This document shows, piece after piece, positions 26,292-38,885 of a DNA stretch of 64,000 nt. The translations under genes and the position numbers were made by a program. The stretch comes from Octopus sinensis. Taxonomy: Eukaryota. The notes beneath the pieces are model-generated. The model had not been told where the DNA came from. It did not search any database and was given only the letters and a program-made list of their open reading frames with translations. The DNA is taken from the NCBI RefSeq assembly GCF_006345805.1, contig NC_042999.1, positions 105,896,001 through 105,960,000 of the forward strand, in the 5' to 3' direction. Within the stretch, counting starts at the first letter, position 1, and every line of letters starts with the position of its first letter.

Positions 26292-27600
26292 TATGAAGAA
26301 CTACTACATAAAGCCCTCACCTTCGCAAGCGATTTCATAGAAATCAGCACAAAGGATAAGGATATAATCTTCCATGCTAGAAAGACTGTACTTTTTTGCG
26401 AGATCGCAGAGAGGGTCAAGACTACCGACACAGAGGGTGCTTTCGATGTGAGCATGGGGTCATATTATGGAGCAAGCATATGCGATCTTATTGGATTATT
26501 TCTGCTCGATACTTTGGGCAAGACCTTTCCCGACGTATATTTCGCCAACCACAAGGATGATGCCCTCGCCTTAACCGCAAATACCAATGGACCAGAACAG
26601 GATCGGTTTAGGAAGGACATTATCCATTTGATGAAAACCCTCGGTCTTAGTATAACTACAGACACCAACTTGATTGTTGTCAATTTCCTAGACGTATCAT
26701 TAGATCTAAATAAGAACATTTATAAGCCTTATAGGAAGCCCAATGATAGACTTAGTTATATTAATGTAGTATTTAAAAATTTAGTTAAAAACATTACCAA
26801 GAGAATTTCTAGCCTTTCCTCCGATAAGGACATGTTTAATAGCATTGCCCCAGTATATAATAATGCTCTAAAAAGATAGTGGTTTTAGCGAGGAAATAAC
26901 CTATACACCTGCCACCAGCCCAACAATAAAGAAGAGGAGACATAAGAATAGGAAAACCCTCTGGTTCATACACCCCCTACCCACTCGAAGTGACCTTTAG
27001 TATAGGCAAGTATTTCTTAGCACTGATAGATATACATTTTCCAGTCAACCATACTTACACGAAGCTCTTCAATAGACACAACTTAAAAATCAGTTTCAGC
27101 TCAACTACCAGTTTTAAAAATACAATCGCAACAACACACAAAAAGCACAATACGAAACCAGCTGTTCATGCAGGGATAAAAATATGTGCACGCTAAATGG
27201 AGTTTGCATGTCCGTGACCATCATTTACGAAGTCACCGTGTACTCTATACCCACTAAAACACGGTTTCGACGAAGAAATACGTGGGCCTTACTGAGGGTA
27301 ATTTCAAGGCCAGGTTCAGTAATCACAACTTGAGCTTTGGGCACTGGGATAAAAGGAAACGACCAAATTATCCAGTCATATGTGGTCATTAAAAAATAAA
27401 GGTGTCAGTTATAACATCCATTGGAAGATTTTAGCCAAGTGTAAGCTCTACACCAACGGCAGTGGAAAGTGTGGTCTATGTGATATGGAAAGATGGCTCA
27501 TCTGGAAAAGCAGCTTAGACCCTGCTACATGTCTGAATTCAAGGACTGAACTTTTCGGAACATGCCCTTATGTGGCCAAATATTTGTTACATTTTTTCGC
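26292..27600 (+). mobile_element. 5'-truncated Penelope-like retroelement (RT + GIY-YIG endonuclease), Naiad-like motifs, frameshifted
   Basis: FDVSMGSYYGASICDLIG, HKDD (decayed YRDD), NFLDVSLDL, WFIPPY (WFNPPY-type), CSC..CTLNGVC, YVGLTEGNFKARFSNH, KCGLCDME, LNSRTELFGTC. Open from 26292 to 26879, then frameshifts. Confidence 0.9.
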
Positions 27601-28652
27601 CCCCCCCCGCCCCGAGACTACAGATAGAACTTGTTTTCTATATTGTGTCCACACACAAACTTTTTATCTCTTTATGCCGTTTACTTATATTTCTTATATA
27701 TTTTGAAATGTTATTTATATTTTTATATATTTATAGAGATTTTCTTTTATAGGTTTATTGCTTATATATTTTTTACACATCATTTTTTCTGTATTCTACC
27801 TTCCACCCTGCATTTTTTCCTTGTGCGTATATAGACGTGTATATGGAATATTTTGTGCGCGCGTGTAAATGTGTGCGTGTGTGCGTGCATGCGAATACAT
27901 TTTTACTCATTTTACTGCATTTTTGCTCTTCGCCCTGTTTTTTCTTGTGTTAAACGTATGTATAATCCTTTTTGTGCGTGCGTGCGTGTGCGTATTTAGA
28001 CGTGTGCGAGTATGTGCGTATATAGGCGTGTGTGTGTGTGCGTGCATAAGGGTATGTGCGTATATAGACGTGGTTTATTCCTTGTATACTCCCTTATGCT
28101 TTTCTTCAATATTGTTACCCGTAACCCTATTTTTTCTTGTGTTTGTGCGTATGTAGACGTGTGTATGATCCTTTATGGTACGCGCGTGTGTGTGTGTGGG
28201 TTTGTATGTATATGCATATACATTTGGCGAAGGATGGGAGTGAGGATATGTACGTTTTCAAGTGAGGGTAGATGAATGTATAGCTCTAGGCACACGCACG
28301 TGGGTGTGCGGGCGCACATGTATAGGTATGAACAGGCGCGCTTACGCAAATACTATGTATGTTTTACCCCCTTACTTTACTCCCTTACTTAGCGGTCATT
28401 CGAATAGCTCTTTTGTCATAATAACGGTCAATCACACAGTAATTTCCCTTTGTATAACGCTCATTTTTCATAGCATTTTTCCGATGGCAGGATAACTGAA
28501 GATATGGTAGCGTGGATTTCCACCTCGGCATCCGAAACTCGGAGTTTCATGGCTACCGAATAATTGTCACATATTATATTTACAGATAAATTCCTCTATT
28601 TACATAATATCGAGGTCTCTTTCTTTCTTTTGTTTTCTTACCGTTTTTATCA

Positions 28653-28655
<3 letters not shown>
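27600..28655 (+). repeat. Probable 3' UTR/pLTR of the Penelope-like element
   Basis: T-rich and GT-rich sequence directly after the ORF, ending in (TA)n. Contains ctgaaga...ccgaaactcggagtt at about 28497-28545, a weak hammerhead-like remnant. Confidence 0.5.
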
Positions 28656-28684
<29 letters not shown>

Positions 28685-28707
28685 TATATATATATAATAT
28701 ATATATA

Positions 28708-29908
28708 TTCCATTTTTCTAGTAAAATAGAATGGAGCACTAGTACAGACACCCACACCCACACACCACAATCTATAACAGAATTAGATCCCCATAAACTT
28801 ATAATAATATAAAAATAATTAAATAATTATATACATAAAAAAATAAATTTAATCTAATTGATTCAAAAAGAAAGAATAAATGAAAAAGTAAGTAGATAAA
28901 AACAAATGAATAAAATTAATAAAAGTTAAACGAACGTGAATAAACAGGAGGTAATGATAACGCAGGTACTATACAAATTCCCACACACTAACTAAACGCA
29001 GACACACAGAGAGATATACGCATGCGCAAATAAAGACAGTAATATACGCTTGAGCAAAAAAGACACATACAACAGGAACCCAAAATGGCAGATCGTTAGT
29101 AAGGAGAGACACAAAAAAGTAAGAAGAGAACAAAGGACCACTGATAAGGTCACAGAAGTGTGATGTAAGAACACTGGCCGAAATACAATAAATATAAAAT
29201 AAAGCTGAAACAAGTGAACACCAAATACATAGTGAGTGTGTTTCCATTGGCTAAACTGGCAACATGACCGTCCCCAAATACAACAATATATATATATATA
29301 ATATATATATATTATATATATATATATATTCCATTTTTCTAGTAAAATAGAATGGAGCACTAGTACAGACACCCACACCCACACACCACAATCTATAACA
29401 GAATTAGATCCCCATAAACTTATAATAATATAAAAATAATTAAATAATTATATACATAAAAAAATAAATTTAATCTAATGATTCAAAAAGAAAGAATAAA
29501 TGAAAAAGTAAGTAGATAAAAACAAATGAATAAAATTAATAAAAGTTAAACGAACGTGAATAAACAGGAGGTAATGATAACGCAGGTACTATACAAATTC
29601 CCACACACTAACTAAACGCAGACACACAGAGAGATATACGCATGCGCAAATAAAGACAGTAATATACGCTTGAGCAAAAAAGACACATACAACAGGAACC
29701 CAAAATGGCAGATCGTTAGTAAGGAGAGACACAAAAAAAAGTAAGAAGAGAACAAAGGACCACTGATAAGGTCACAGAAGTGTGATGTAAGAACACTGGC
29801 CGAAATACAATAAATATAAAATAAAGCTGAAACAAGTGAACACCAAATACATAGTGAGTGTGTTTCCATTGGCTAAACTGGCAACATGACCGTCCCCAAA
29901 TACAACAA
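28708..29908. repeat. Tandem duplication, two units of about 0.62 kb separated and flanked by (TA)n
   Basis: 28710 aligns to 29331 (offset 621) and 29281 to 29903 (offset 622). Visible differences are two small indels only. Confidence 0.95.
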
Positions 29909-30289
29909 TATATATATATATATATATATAATATAAATTAGAGAAAAATCACTATTATGCAATTCAAACAATGATAGACATAAACTAAATAAATAACAAA
30001 TAAAATATATTTTAAAACCTATAACTATGGCCATACTGAACTTGCCTGCTTACTTGTGTTTCATCTCCATCTTTGGTTTCTTTGTTTTCCTGTTGGATCA
30101 AAGAAAATACATCGTCTGTATATAAGAGCTGTAGATTTCTCATCCGTTCTGCATTAATGTTCATTTTCCTAACTTTTGAAGAGAAAACCACATCCTTTGT
30201 GCACAACTTATATTTCTTGTCTCATACATCTATATCTATAACGTAGTGCTTAAACGAATTGCTATTTTTATTGGAATTGTTCACCAATG

Positions 30290-31290
30290 TTCTTTATTTT
30301 TAAAAATATGGATACTTCTGCTTCTGATGTACCGTTGCTTTATCCGAAAAAGTAATCATGTTTGCGTATAATATTGCGAACGTTCTTATCGACAAGGTCA
30401 TGTCTCATGGGAAAATCGTACACTGCGGGATTTTTCGACAGCTACTGACGATTCAAATGATATCTTCCACACTGGTAATGTGTAACGGAAACTCTATCAC
30501 AATGTTGAGGATTAAAAATATCCTTCTTCTTTTGGTTGATCAGGTATTTTAATACCTACCATCTGTTTTCGATAGAAAAGGCATAATCTTCCAAGCGAGG
30601 AATGACGTACTTATCAAGAACCTAAAGAGGCTAATTATTTGTTTCAATGTTATAGTTATTATTTGTTTGATGAATATGGACCGGATAATAACTGATATGA
30701 TGAGTATTGAGTCTATTTAATTATTTGCCTAATCTTCTAGTGTTATTCCACAATCTTCTATTGCTATTATTTATCCTCCATTTGTTGTCCACTACTCGTA
30801 ATACAATGCGGCACTCAGGTTCCGTCTGGACAGATATTATACGTCTACTCTCCTTCCCCACGTTTAATATAGATCTTGCCAATACCATTATTGATTTGGC
30901 AATTATCAGTTATTTTTTATCATCATATTAATCCTCATACACAAGCTGCAAATTTACTCAAGTATGAAGCCAAATATACCAAATTCAGGTACTAGCTTTG
31001 ACATAGTAATATCATTGTGGAATATAGTTTTATTGAATGCAGATATCTTTGACCTCCACGTTCCGTCGCCTGGTGAAGTAGTAACTTTCCTCACATCACC
31101 AACACATGAAATATTCCCATCAACTCAAAGGTATTTGTAACCTTCATCAAATTTGATAAGAGAGATACATAGGGCTTCGGTATCCTAGGCTGGTCATCAA
31201 TGTTTCCTCGTTTGATCACTAAATACGAACTCTTGTTCTGTATAAATTCCATTACTATGTCATCTGACAATGTTATAACCAACAGAAACT
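30290..31290 (-). mobile_element. Degraded R4/Dong/NeSL-like non-LTR relic
   Basis: Minus-strand YLVIKRG...EGYKYL*VD...WRSKISAFNKTIFHN...GKIYIKRGEG and EDII*IVSSCRK...PMRHDLVDK parallel the motifs of the 61-64 kb copies. Confidence 0.65.
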
Positions 31291-31344
31291 GCTTCTTAAT
31301 CATATGAATATTACCCGAGTACAGCATAATGTATAAAACAAAAT

Positions 31345-31649
31345 GTGGAGGCACATGGCCTAGTGGTTAGAGCAGCGGACTGGCGGTCGAGCGATCGTGG
31401 GTTCGAATCTCAGAAGGGGCAATCTGTATGTTTATGATCGAAAACACCTAAGCTCCACGCGGCTCCGGTAGAAGGTACTGGCGAACAACTGATGACTCTT
31501 TCACCACAACTTTCTCTCACTCTTTCCTCCTGCATCTTGCAGCTTACCTGCGACGGACCGGCATCTCATCCAGGTAGGGAACCTATACGCCAAGGAGACC
31601 GGGAAACCGGCCCTATGAGTCAGTCGTGACTCGAGGAGGAACAAAAACC
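31345..31649 (+). mobile_element. tRNA-derived SINE family A, tail type 3
   Basis: A-box tggcctagtgg, B-box ggttcgaatct, shared body ctctttcaccacaactttctctcactct; possible 9-bp TSD aaacaaaat at 31336-31344 and 31650-31658. Confidence 0.85.
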
Positions 31650-32151
31650 AAACAAAATATGTGTGGGTGACATTGATAGTTGTTTCTAATACATTTGCTG
31701 TTGTGTAGCTTGTGTATTTCTTAAAAAGAGGGATGTACTTGTATTTTGCACAGCAAACCTGAGTGACTGCATTCAAGCAACCTGGGTATGCATGTATTGG
31801 TATATGAATGTAAGTATTTATGTACATATATATGTATGTATATATGCATGTGTATATGTAGGCAAACATGTATGTACGTATGGATGGATGGATCTATATA
31901 TGTATAGATGTATTCATGTGTGCTTGCTTGAATGTATGTATATATATACGTACATAAGAATGTAAATATGTATGCCTGTATGTTGTACCCGGTAAGAATT
32001 TTATTTCTGTGTTCCACTAATGCTAACGCCAATACTACATATGATAATATTCAATCATGAATGAGGCACATGTTTCGCTCATTTCTCTGACTAATGATTT
32101 ATCGGAACCTATACAAATGCATTTGTGTCCTGGAACATTTGTTTTCTGCCT

Positions 32152-32226
32152 TTATTGGAACGGAGTAGTATTATCATTTGAGGAGTCATCATTGTTGTTG
32201 GCAGTGTAGAAATCGTGAACTTCAAT
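32152..32226 (-). CDS. Candidate terminal exon of an unidentified gene (IEVHDFYTANNNDDSSNDNTTPFQ*)
   Basis: Preceded by a pyrimidine-rich tract ttctgtttcatttctgtagttag. An upstream AG 4 nt earlier would instead give LD*. Confidence 0.3.
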   Translation of the reverse strand: MEVHDFYTANNNDDSSNDNTTPFQ

Positions 32227-32324
32227 CTAACTACAGAAATGAAACAGAATTAAGTAATTCCTCTTTGTATGAACTTTGCATTTTCAGGTTAATCGGATTA
32301 GTGTAGTGTCATAAGACATTTTAC

Positions 32325-32417
32325 TTGAAATTCTGCAAGTTCAACTGAAGTGTACAATTCCTGTATCTCTGTGGTAAAATTAAACAATTCGTAATCATAA
32401 TAAATCTGTCTCAATGT
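32325..32417 (-). CDS. Candidate internal exon (TLRQIYYDYELFNFTTEIQELYTSVELAEFQ)
   Basis: Acceptor ataatttacag, donor gtaaaa, 93 nt, phase 0-0, open, non-repetitive; 98-nt GT-AG intron to the next candidate. Confidence 0.4.
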
Positions 32418-34425
32418 CTGTAAATTATAATTAACATTAACGCTTTGTACAGTATATGCAAACAGTTGGTCGTAATCGGAAATAATTATTGTGGTGTTAC
32501 TAATATTCACGTTGATAAAGAGGGAAAAGAACCAGCTGTTAAGAAATAACATTGTGTAAGAGAGTTTACTGCAATGAGCGATCTCAGAAATGTGAACATA
32601 CATTACAGTCTATAAAACAAAGATTTATGGTACGGAAAACCGTACTACATAGTAAGGCACAGCAATGATCAGTATATATTCAAAACAACTAATGCGTCTT
32701 GTTGTGTCTGGGGAGAGTCATTTTTTTTTTAGCCTTATAATGTAACACACTCACCGGTAAAAGACTATTGAAAAGGTTGCAAGACGTAACGAAAGTTTTA
32801 GGAAAATAAAAATAAGAAATAAGGGGACATTTTACCAGTGATTGTGTTGCATTATAAGGCACAAAAAGAAAATTACTCTCCTCCCTGACACAACAGAATA
32901 TGCTTCAACACACGAACTCATATAAAGAATCTTGCAAACCAAGTGCAAAAACGAAACTAATGTGTCACTATCTAAATTCCCCAAATAGAAATAAAATATC
33001 CGCTCCAATCCAAAGTATGATCCTGCTGAATAATATAGAGGGAAACAGAACATACCTCTTATTTAGGTTTGTTAAATGCTTTTGATCTTTTACAGGATCG
33101 CTCATATACACAAAGAGAACCCGAATTTCTAAAGCCAGTAATTTTAAGTTATATAGCATTTCGAAGTATTCAGTGATGAATATAAAAGGGTTTAGAGACA
33201 AGTAAGATGACTAATATTCATCAGCCTGTTTATATATAAAGTTTGTAGTAAGGGCGTAATTGAGAAACTGTAGAGAGAGAGAGGGAGGGAGAAAGAGAGT
33301 GAGAGAATTACATTGTAATTGATTGTTTGTACTAAGAAAAATGTACGAAATACGTTGGTCAAAGCCTCTCTTAGAAGGCACCACACCGCGTCTAGCGTTT
33401 GCACAGAAGGATGATATGTTATAACCTTAACTGTATCCACAGCAATTAGACAATGTTCATATGAGATAAATGTTAATGAAACTGGATGGTAAGCAGCTTG
33501 GTGGAGAATGTACGTTAAAATCCAAGTCGAAACATTTTGTCGCTAATCTTAACATACTTTGCAATTGATATGGAGAAATACTGGATTATATAGTACTATT
33601 TGATAGAACTCTTTTGATTTTAATGATCACGTACTTTTAGCAACTACCATATTGCTTCGACATATTTTTAAAAATACAATGATGTAGGGAATTGGTTCTC
33701 GATTCACTTTCTATAATATCGAACTATTGAATTAGTTTTCAATTTTGCCAGCACAATTCAATCATTTCTATGGTATGTAGTAGGGTGAATGTTGAGCAAT
33801 ATGTATATTGTATTGAAAAACCGTGCGGCAGTTACCATAAACAGAGAGGGACAGTTGCATTTTTAATATCATGGTCTCTCAGGTATGGCTGTAAATCTAT
33901 TTTAGATACTGAAACTGTTATATGTGGTCAGGGCATATGACGGTCGCTAAACATACTTCACTACAAAATGAGTGGCTTACCATAACTTGCAAGTGATGTT
34001 ATTAATGACATACAGCTTTAAATACATTTTACAGTTAATAAATTTCCAATTATGCTACTATGTCAAAAAGTACACAAAACTGGTTTAAAAACCGAAGTCA
34101 ACATTTCTAGCTCTCATAAACAGGTATCACAATGAATCGAACGGGATTTAGAAAAATCTTCAACCGTGTACGTTTTATTTTTGAAATTAATACAACTCGA
34201 TTGAGATTGTTGACAGAAGAAATTCATGGGATTTGCTTCATTATAATTTCAAAACTGTTTATATACGCTGTTCACTTTGCTTCTTTGCGTGAATTTGCAT
34301 TTCAGAACTTGAAAACGCTAAAAAAAGAACAGGAAGCTGATATGCTTTTCTTATGAATTACACTCATCTTTTCTTCGCTTTCCACAAGCTTCATTTTTTG
34401 TCCACATTGTTTACCGTGGATGCAT

Positions 34426-34479
<54 letters not shown>

Positions 34480-34850
34480 ACCATTGATTATTAAGGTAAG
34501 TCTGCGGAATGTGACAATGACTGCTGTTTAAGTGGAAATGTAACATGTATTTCCCATTTAAGAAATATGCAATACAATTGAATATTTCAAGTCTATAACC
34601 ATAATCTCTGTATCCAAATCGAAAGAACGAAGAGTCATATCTGAAGTCTCCCATTTTACGTCACTGAATTAGCTACAGACGAAGATATTCGATATTTGAA
34701 CGGAGCTTTTGCTAGTGCAATTTAGATGAGAAGAATATTAAAGATCATAAGCTTTTTTCTACAATGATATAATGGTGCTTTTCATGTCATTTCACAATTG
34801 CAGCATAAAAACAACAAAGCAAATATAATGTGACAAAGGCGATATTTCAC

Positions 34851-34972
34851 TTGTTTTAAAATTTTGTGCTTCAGGGTATCCTTATCAGTCTCTACTTCAC
34901 AGAATGCACAGTGCACAGACGTAATATTAATCAAAATGATTTCCAGCGATTCACTGTTTGCACAAGACTGAA
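34851..34972 (-). CDS. Candidate internal exon (QSCANSESLEIILINITSVHCAFCEVETDKDTLKHKILKQ)
   Basis: Acceptor taattacacag, donor gtgaaa, 122 nt, phase 1-0; only this frame is open. Confidence 0.25.
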
Positions 34973-35754
34973 CTGTGTAATTATTTGTGAATTTCTCATA
35001 GCTCAGCATTTTTAGAGCAACGTGTGGGCGTGAGACAATGTACAGTGTAAAATAGCATCTACCTGATATTTATAATCGTTTCAATAATATGGTAGTCTTT
35101 ACAATTAACAACATTGTTTTCCGGGATTTATATTCTGAATTCAATCGACCAGTAAATTTCGTTAATTGAATGGAATCGGGCTACTCACCGGTATTTTTCC
35201 CTTGCGATCAATGCATTCTGATTATATCATGGCAAAGAATATCTCCAACTATATTTATTAATTCTATAAACATTTTATAAGGATTTAGTTCAGTGTTGTC
35301 CACGGTCTAGGAGAAGGCATATAAAATACAAAAACATGCATACAAGCGCAAGTATTCAAGTGTACCTACACTTTACAAATACTACTATGTACAAACAAAC
35401 GAATATATATGTATATATATATATATATTTACACACACATACACACACATGTATAGTCATACATGCATATATTAAATTATATAGCGCGTGTACGAGAGAG
35501 AGAGAGTGTGTGTGTGTGTGTATGTGTGACAGAGAGAAAGAGAAAAGGAAAGGATGTTGAGAACCAGTCATAACAATGCTCTAACACATTACTTATACTG
35601 TATGACATATACACAATATGTTTGTAATTGTCAGTGACGTTTCATCGTTTCGGCTGTAACCACGTTGCTGGTAAAGTCTTTTTTCCTTTTCTCGTTAGTT
35701 GTATCACTACTAATATATTCGGGGCGTGGGTAAAAATACTGAAGTAAGCCTTAC

Positions 35755-35842
35755 GTCGAGTGAATATCCCCCAAGACATGCTGATAAAGTGTTTATTCAT
35801 CATATACCGATAGAGGGGATTTGCGATATAGACTACCAAAGG
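35755..35842 (-). CDS. Candidate internal exon (PLVVYIANPLYRYMMNKHFISMSWGIFTR)
   Basis: Strong donor gtaagg, weak acceptor ctgcctgtag, 88 nt, phase 0-1. Confidence 0.25.
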
Positions 35843-36286
35843 CTACAGGCAGCACGCGTGATTATTTGGACCTCAAGAAAGAAGGGACGACCACAATATC
35901 ATAACTTTGAACATGTTCGATTGAGCCACACCATTTTGGTACGTGTTAAAGGCATATTAGGTACGCATTATATAATTTTAAACTTATCCCATCTCAAATT
36001 TCTAGAACTTTCAATTAATAGTAATGCGCTGTAAGGAAAATTCAATGTACTATCTTTTGTCTTAGGCAGACGTTACTGCAGACGAAATTTCAATTGGTTA
36101 AATATCCCAATTGAAGCCGGTTTATTTACTTTTCGTTCTTTGAAGACAATAAATTAAGCAGTGAGGCAGTTTTAACAAAATCTGCTTTTGTATAGAAAAT
36201 AGCTTCCGAATCCAGAATCCATCGATTGAAACCAGTAAAAGAATATCATACATATTTACGTCTCTTCCTTTCTCACTCTCTCTCTC

Positions 36287-36329
<43 letters not shown>

Positions 36330-36333
<4 letters not shown>

Positions 36334-36533
36334 CGGGAAGCTTTATGAAAATAGACAAAAGACGAAGGCAGGTGGAAAACAAACGAACAATTGTATTAGT
36401 ATGGCGCTCAGAAAATATAAATAAAACAAGTCTTTAACGTTTCGAGCCTACGCTCTTCAACAGAAAGATACACAGAGAGAAAAAAAACACAGAAAGAAGG
36501 GGAGAAAAAAAATGCGTGCAGTAGCTAACGAAT

Positions 36534-36540
<7 letters not shown>
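36330..36540 (-). mobile_element. About 210-bp non-coding element flanked by (TA)n and carrying a hammerhead-like motif
   Basis: Unique sequence bounded on both sides by (TA)n, with the motif at 36431-36468. Confidence 0.55.
36431..36468 (-). ncRNA. 38-nt minimal hammerhead-like motif with variant core CUGUUGA
   Basis: UCUUU CUGUUGA A GAGC GUAG GCUC GAAA CGUU AAAGA: 5-bp stem I, 4-bp stem II, loopless palindromic ACGU stem III, GUU triplet. Confidence 0.6.
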
Positions 36541-36576
<36 letters not shown>

Positions 36577-36578
<2 letters not shown>

Positions 36579-36737
36579 CATATAGATAGATAGACATACG
36601 CGTATATATACATATATAAGCACACATATCTAAAACTTTCTCTCAATCTACATATATATGTATATACAAATAGATAGATAGACATATGCCTATATATACA
36701 TATATAAGTAGATATATCTACAACTTTCTCTCTCTCA

Positions 36738-36742
<5 letters not shown>
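36577..36742. repeat. Short diverged tandem duplication (unit about 80 bp)
   Basis: atagatagatagacata...atatatacatatataag...atatcta.aactttctctc...aatctac occurs twice. Confidence 0.7.
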
Positions 36743-36814
<72 letters not shown>

Positions 36815-37385
36815 TTGTGGGTATATATACAATTATCACTGACACTAATGTTGCTGTAAAAGATTTAATCATATCTGAAAATGTTAAGTTATAACAAATT
36901 GTTCCATAATAATACATTCTCTCTTACACTGTCGATAATAGCAATATTTTTCTGTGACATATCGTTCATCTGAGCTAATAATTTCAGAGGTCAAAATATT
37001 GTTATTAGTTTACTCCTATGGAACTCTTCCAAGCTAATTCCACTGTCAGATTGTAGATATATTACATTTCCGTTCACTGGGATACGCAATGGAGCAGACA
37101 ATTACGAACAGCTACATCTATTGTCTCGTGCAGTTTGGAAATAAGGAATCAATGTTCCTGAACATGTGTCAAATTGTGTGTTTCTTTCTGTAATTATGCC
37201 CTTACCGCTTTCTCTCAAAGCACTCTCTCTCTCCCTCCCTCTCTAGATTTCATATTCTCTCTATATCAGTATATCTGCGTGTGTTTAATTATTTATTATA
37301 TATATATATATATATTACATATATATATATATAATATTCATGTGTCTGCGTGCGTCTGCGTATGAGCATGCACACGCACATGTAT

Positions 37386-37441
<56 letters not shown>

Positions 37442-37642
37442 TATATATACATATATACGGAGATTCATAAATAACCTGTAAAACGCCCACAATTTACTGC
37501 CTGAATGTTTTGCGTGCAATCAATGGAGCCCACATGGACATGTGGTGTTTCTAAAAATGCTTTATTTGTTTTCCTATGTTATCTAATAAACACGGCTTTT
37601 TCTGTGTTTTTCAAATCGTAAATGTAATATATAGACCCGCGG

Positions 37643-37830
<188 letters not shown>

Positions 37831-37841
37831 TATATATATAA

Positions 37842-38505
37842 GAAAATAAAAACGGAAAATACGCCCACTTACATGGTTATTGTATACGTTTTAATGTATC
37901 GACCGGTTTCGCAATCGCCATTCATGATACAATGTTTAATTTATATGAAAATATATTTTTCTTAAGAAGAAAATGGGTCCGCGTTGTTTCTAATGAAATT
38001 CACGAGTGAATGATTTTACAAGTTGACAAGTAAAGACACAAGTTGACAAGTGCAAAGACACGATCTCTCAACTAGAAAGCTTAAATAAAGAAACTATTTT
38101 CATTGAAAAATACGAAACGCGTCTTAATAAGCACGCATAACCAATTTTCATATTTTTACATATTACATCACTGTACATAAATCCACTACTAAACAAGGCC
38201 CCTTTTTTTAAACCTGTCTCTTTTCTGTATACATATTTATTCGCCACCCAAAACCTAAACAGTAATCCCCCTTACACACAACAATAACAATAATAACAAC
38301 CAATTATCTCCCTTTACTTGTCAACTTGTAAAATCATTCACTCGTGAATTTCATTAGAAACAACATGGACCCGTTTTCTTCTTAAGAAAATTATATTTTC
38401 ATATAAATTAAACATTGTATCATGAATAGCGATTGCGAAACCGGTCGATACATTAAAAATTATACAATAACCATGTAAGTGTGCGTATTTTCCGTTTTTA
38501 TTTTC
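37842..38505. mobile_element. MITE/foldback-like element with about 194-bp terminal inverted repeats
   Basis: 37842-38035 is the near-exact reverse complement of 38312-38505; spacer about 276 bp; TA-rich flanks; no ORF. Confidence 0.8.
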
Positions 38506-38760
38506 ATATATACATTACAATCCACCACGTGGGGACAACCGAAATGCCCCTTTTCTGTTACTAAATATATATATACCCTGTTGGACTTTTGGATTTTATT
38601 CAAAGGATATTGGAATATTGCATATATACAATTATGCCAATAAAACGAATTTACAAATTCAATACCCATACATATCTTACATCTATTTTCTTTCCTCCAT
38701 CTCACTCTCTATTTTGTATCACATCGAAACTAACTATGACTTAATTTTTCGGCTCACACT

Positions 38761-38812
38761 GTCTCCGATGAAGGGTTATTATTAATTAATATCCTAGAAA
38801 CAGCTGTAAGAC
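38761..38812 (+). ncRNA. Minimal hammerhead-like motif, variant core CCGAUGA (copy 1), inside a repeat of about 190 bp (38690-38880)
   Basis: GUCU CCGAUGA A GGGUUAUU..AAUAUCCU A GAAA C AGCU GUA AGAC: stem I GUCU/AGAC, palindromic AGCU loop, GUA triplet. Confidence 0.6.
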
Positions 38813-38885
38813 CAATCTATAAATGCTGTAATATATATAGAGTCTTGGATTTTTATCTTATTATGCAACAAATTCTTTTATATAT

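Noticed and set aside
28490-28560. Hammerhead candidate CUGAAGA...CCGAAACUCGGAGUU
   Set aside because: Stem I and the base of stem II do not pair convincingly; kept only as a remark.
32325-32417. Resemblance of LRQIYYDYELFNF to a carbohydrate sulfotransferase C-terminal motif
   Set aside because: Spacing is off by one residue and no other sulfotransferase motif appears in the chain.
35640-35680. Minus-strand ccgaaacgatgaaacgtc resembling a ribozyme 3' half
   Set aside because: No upstream core motif or pairing.
38101-38130. cgaaacgcgtc resembling the 3' half of a Penelope hammerhead
   Set aside because: No CUGANGA-like core or stem II upstream.
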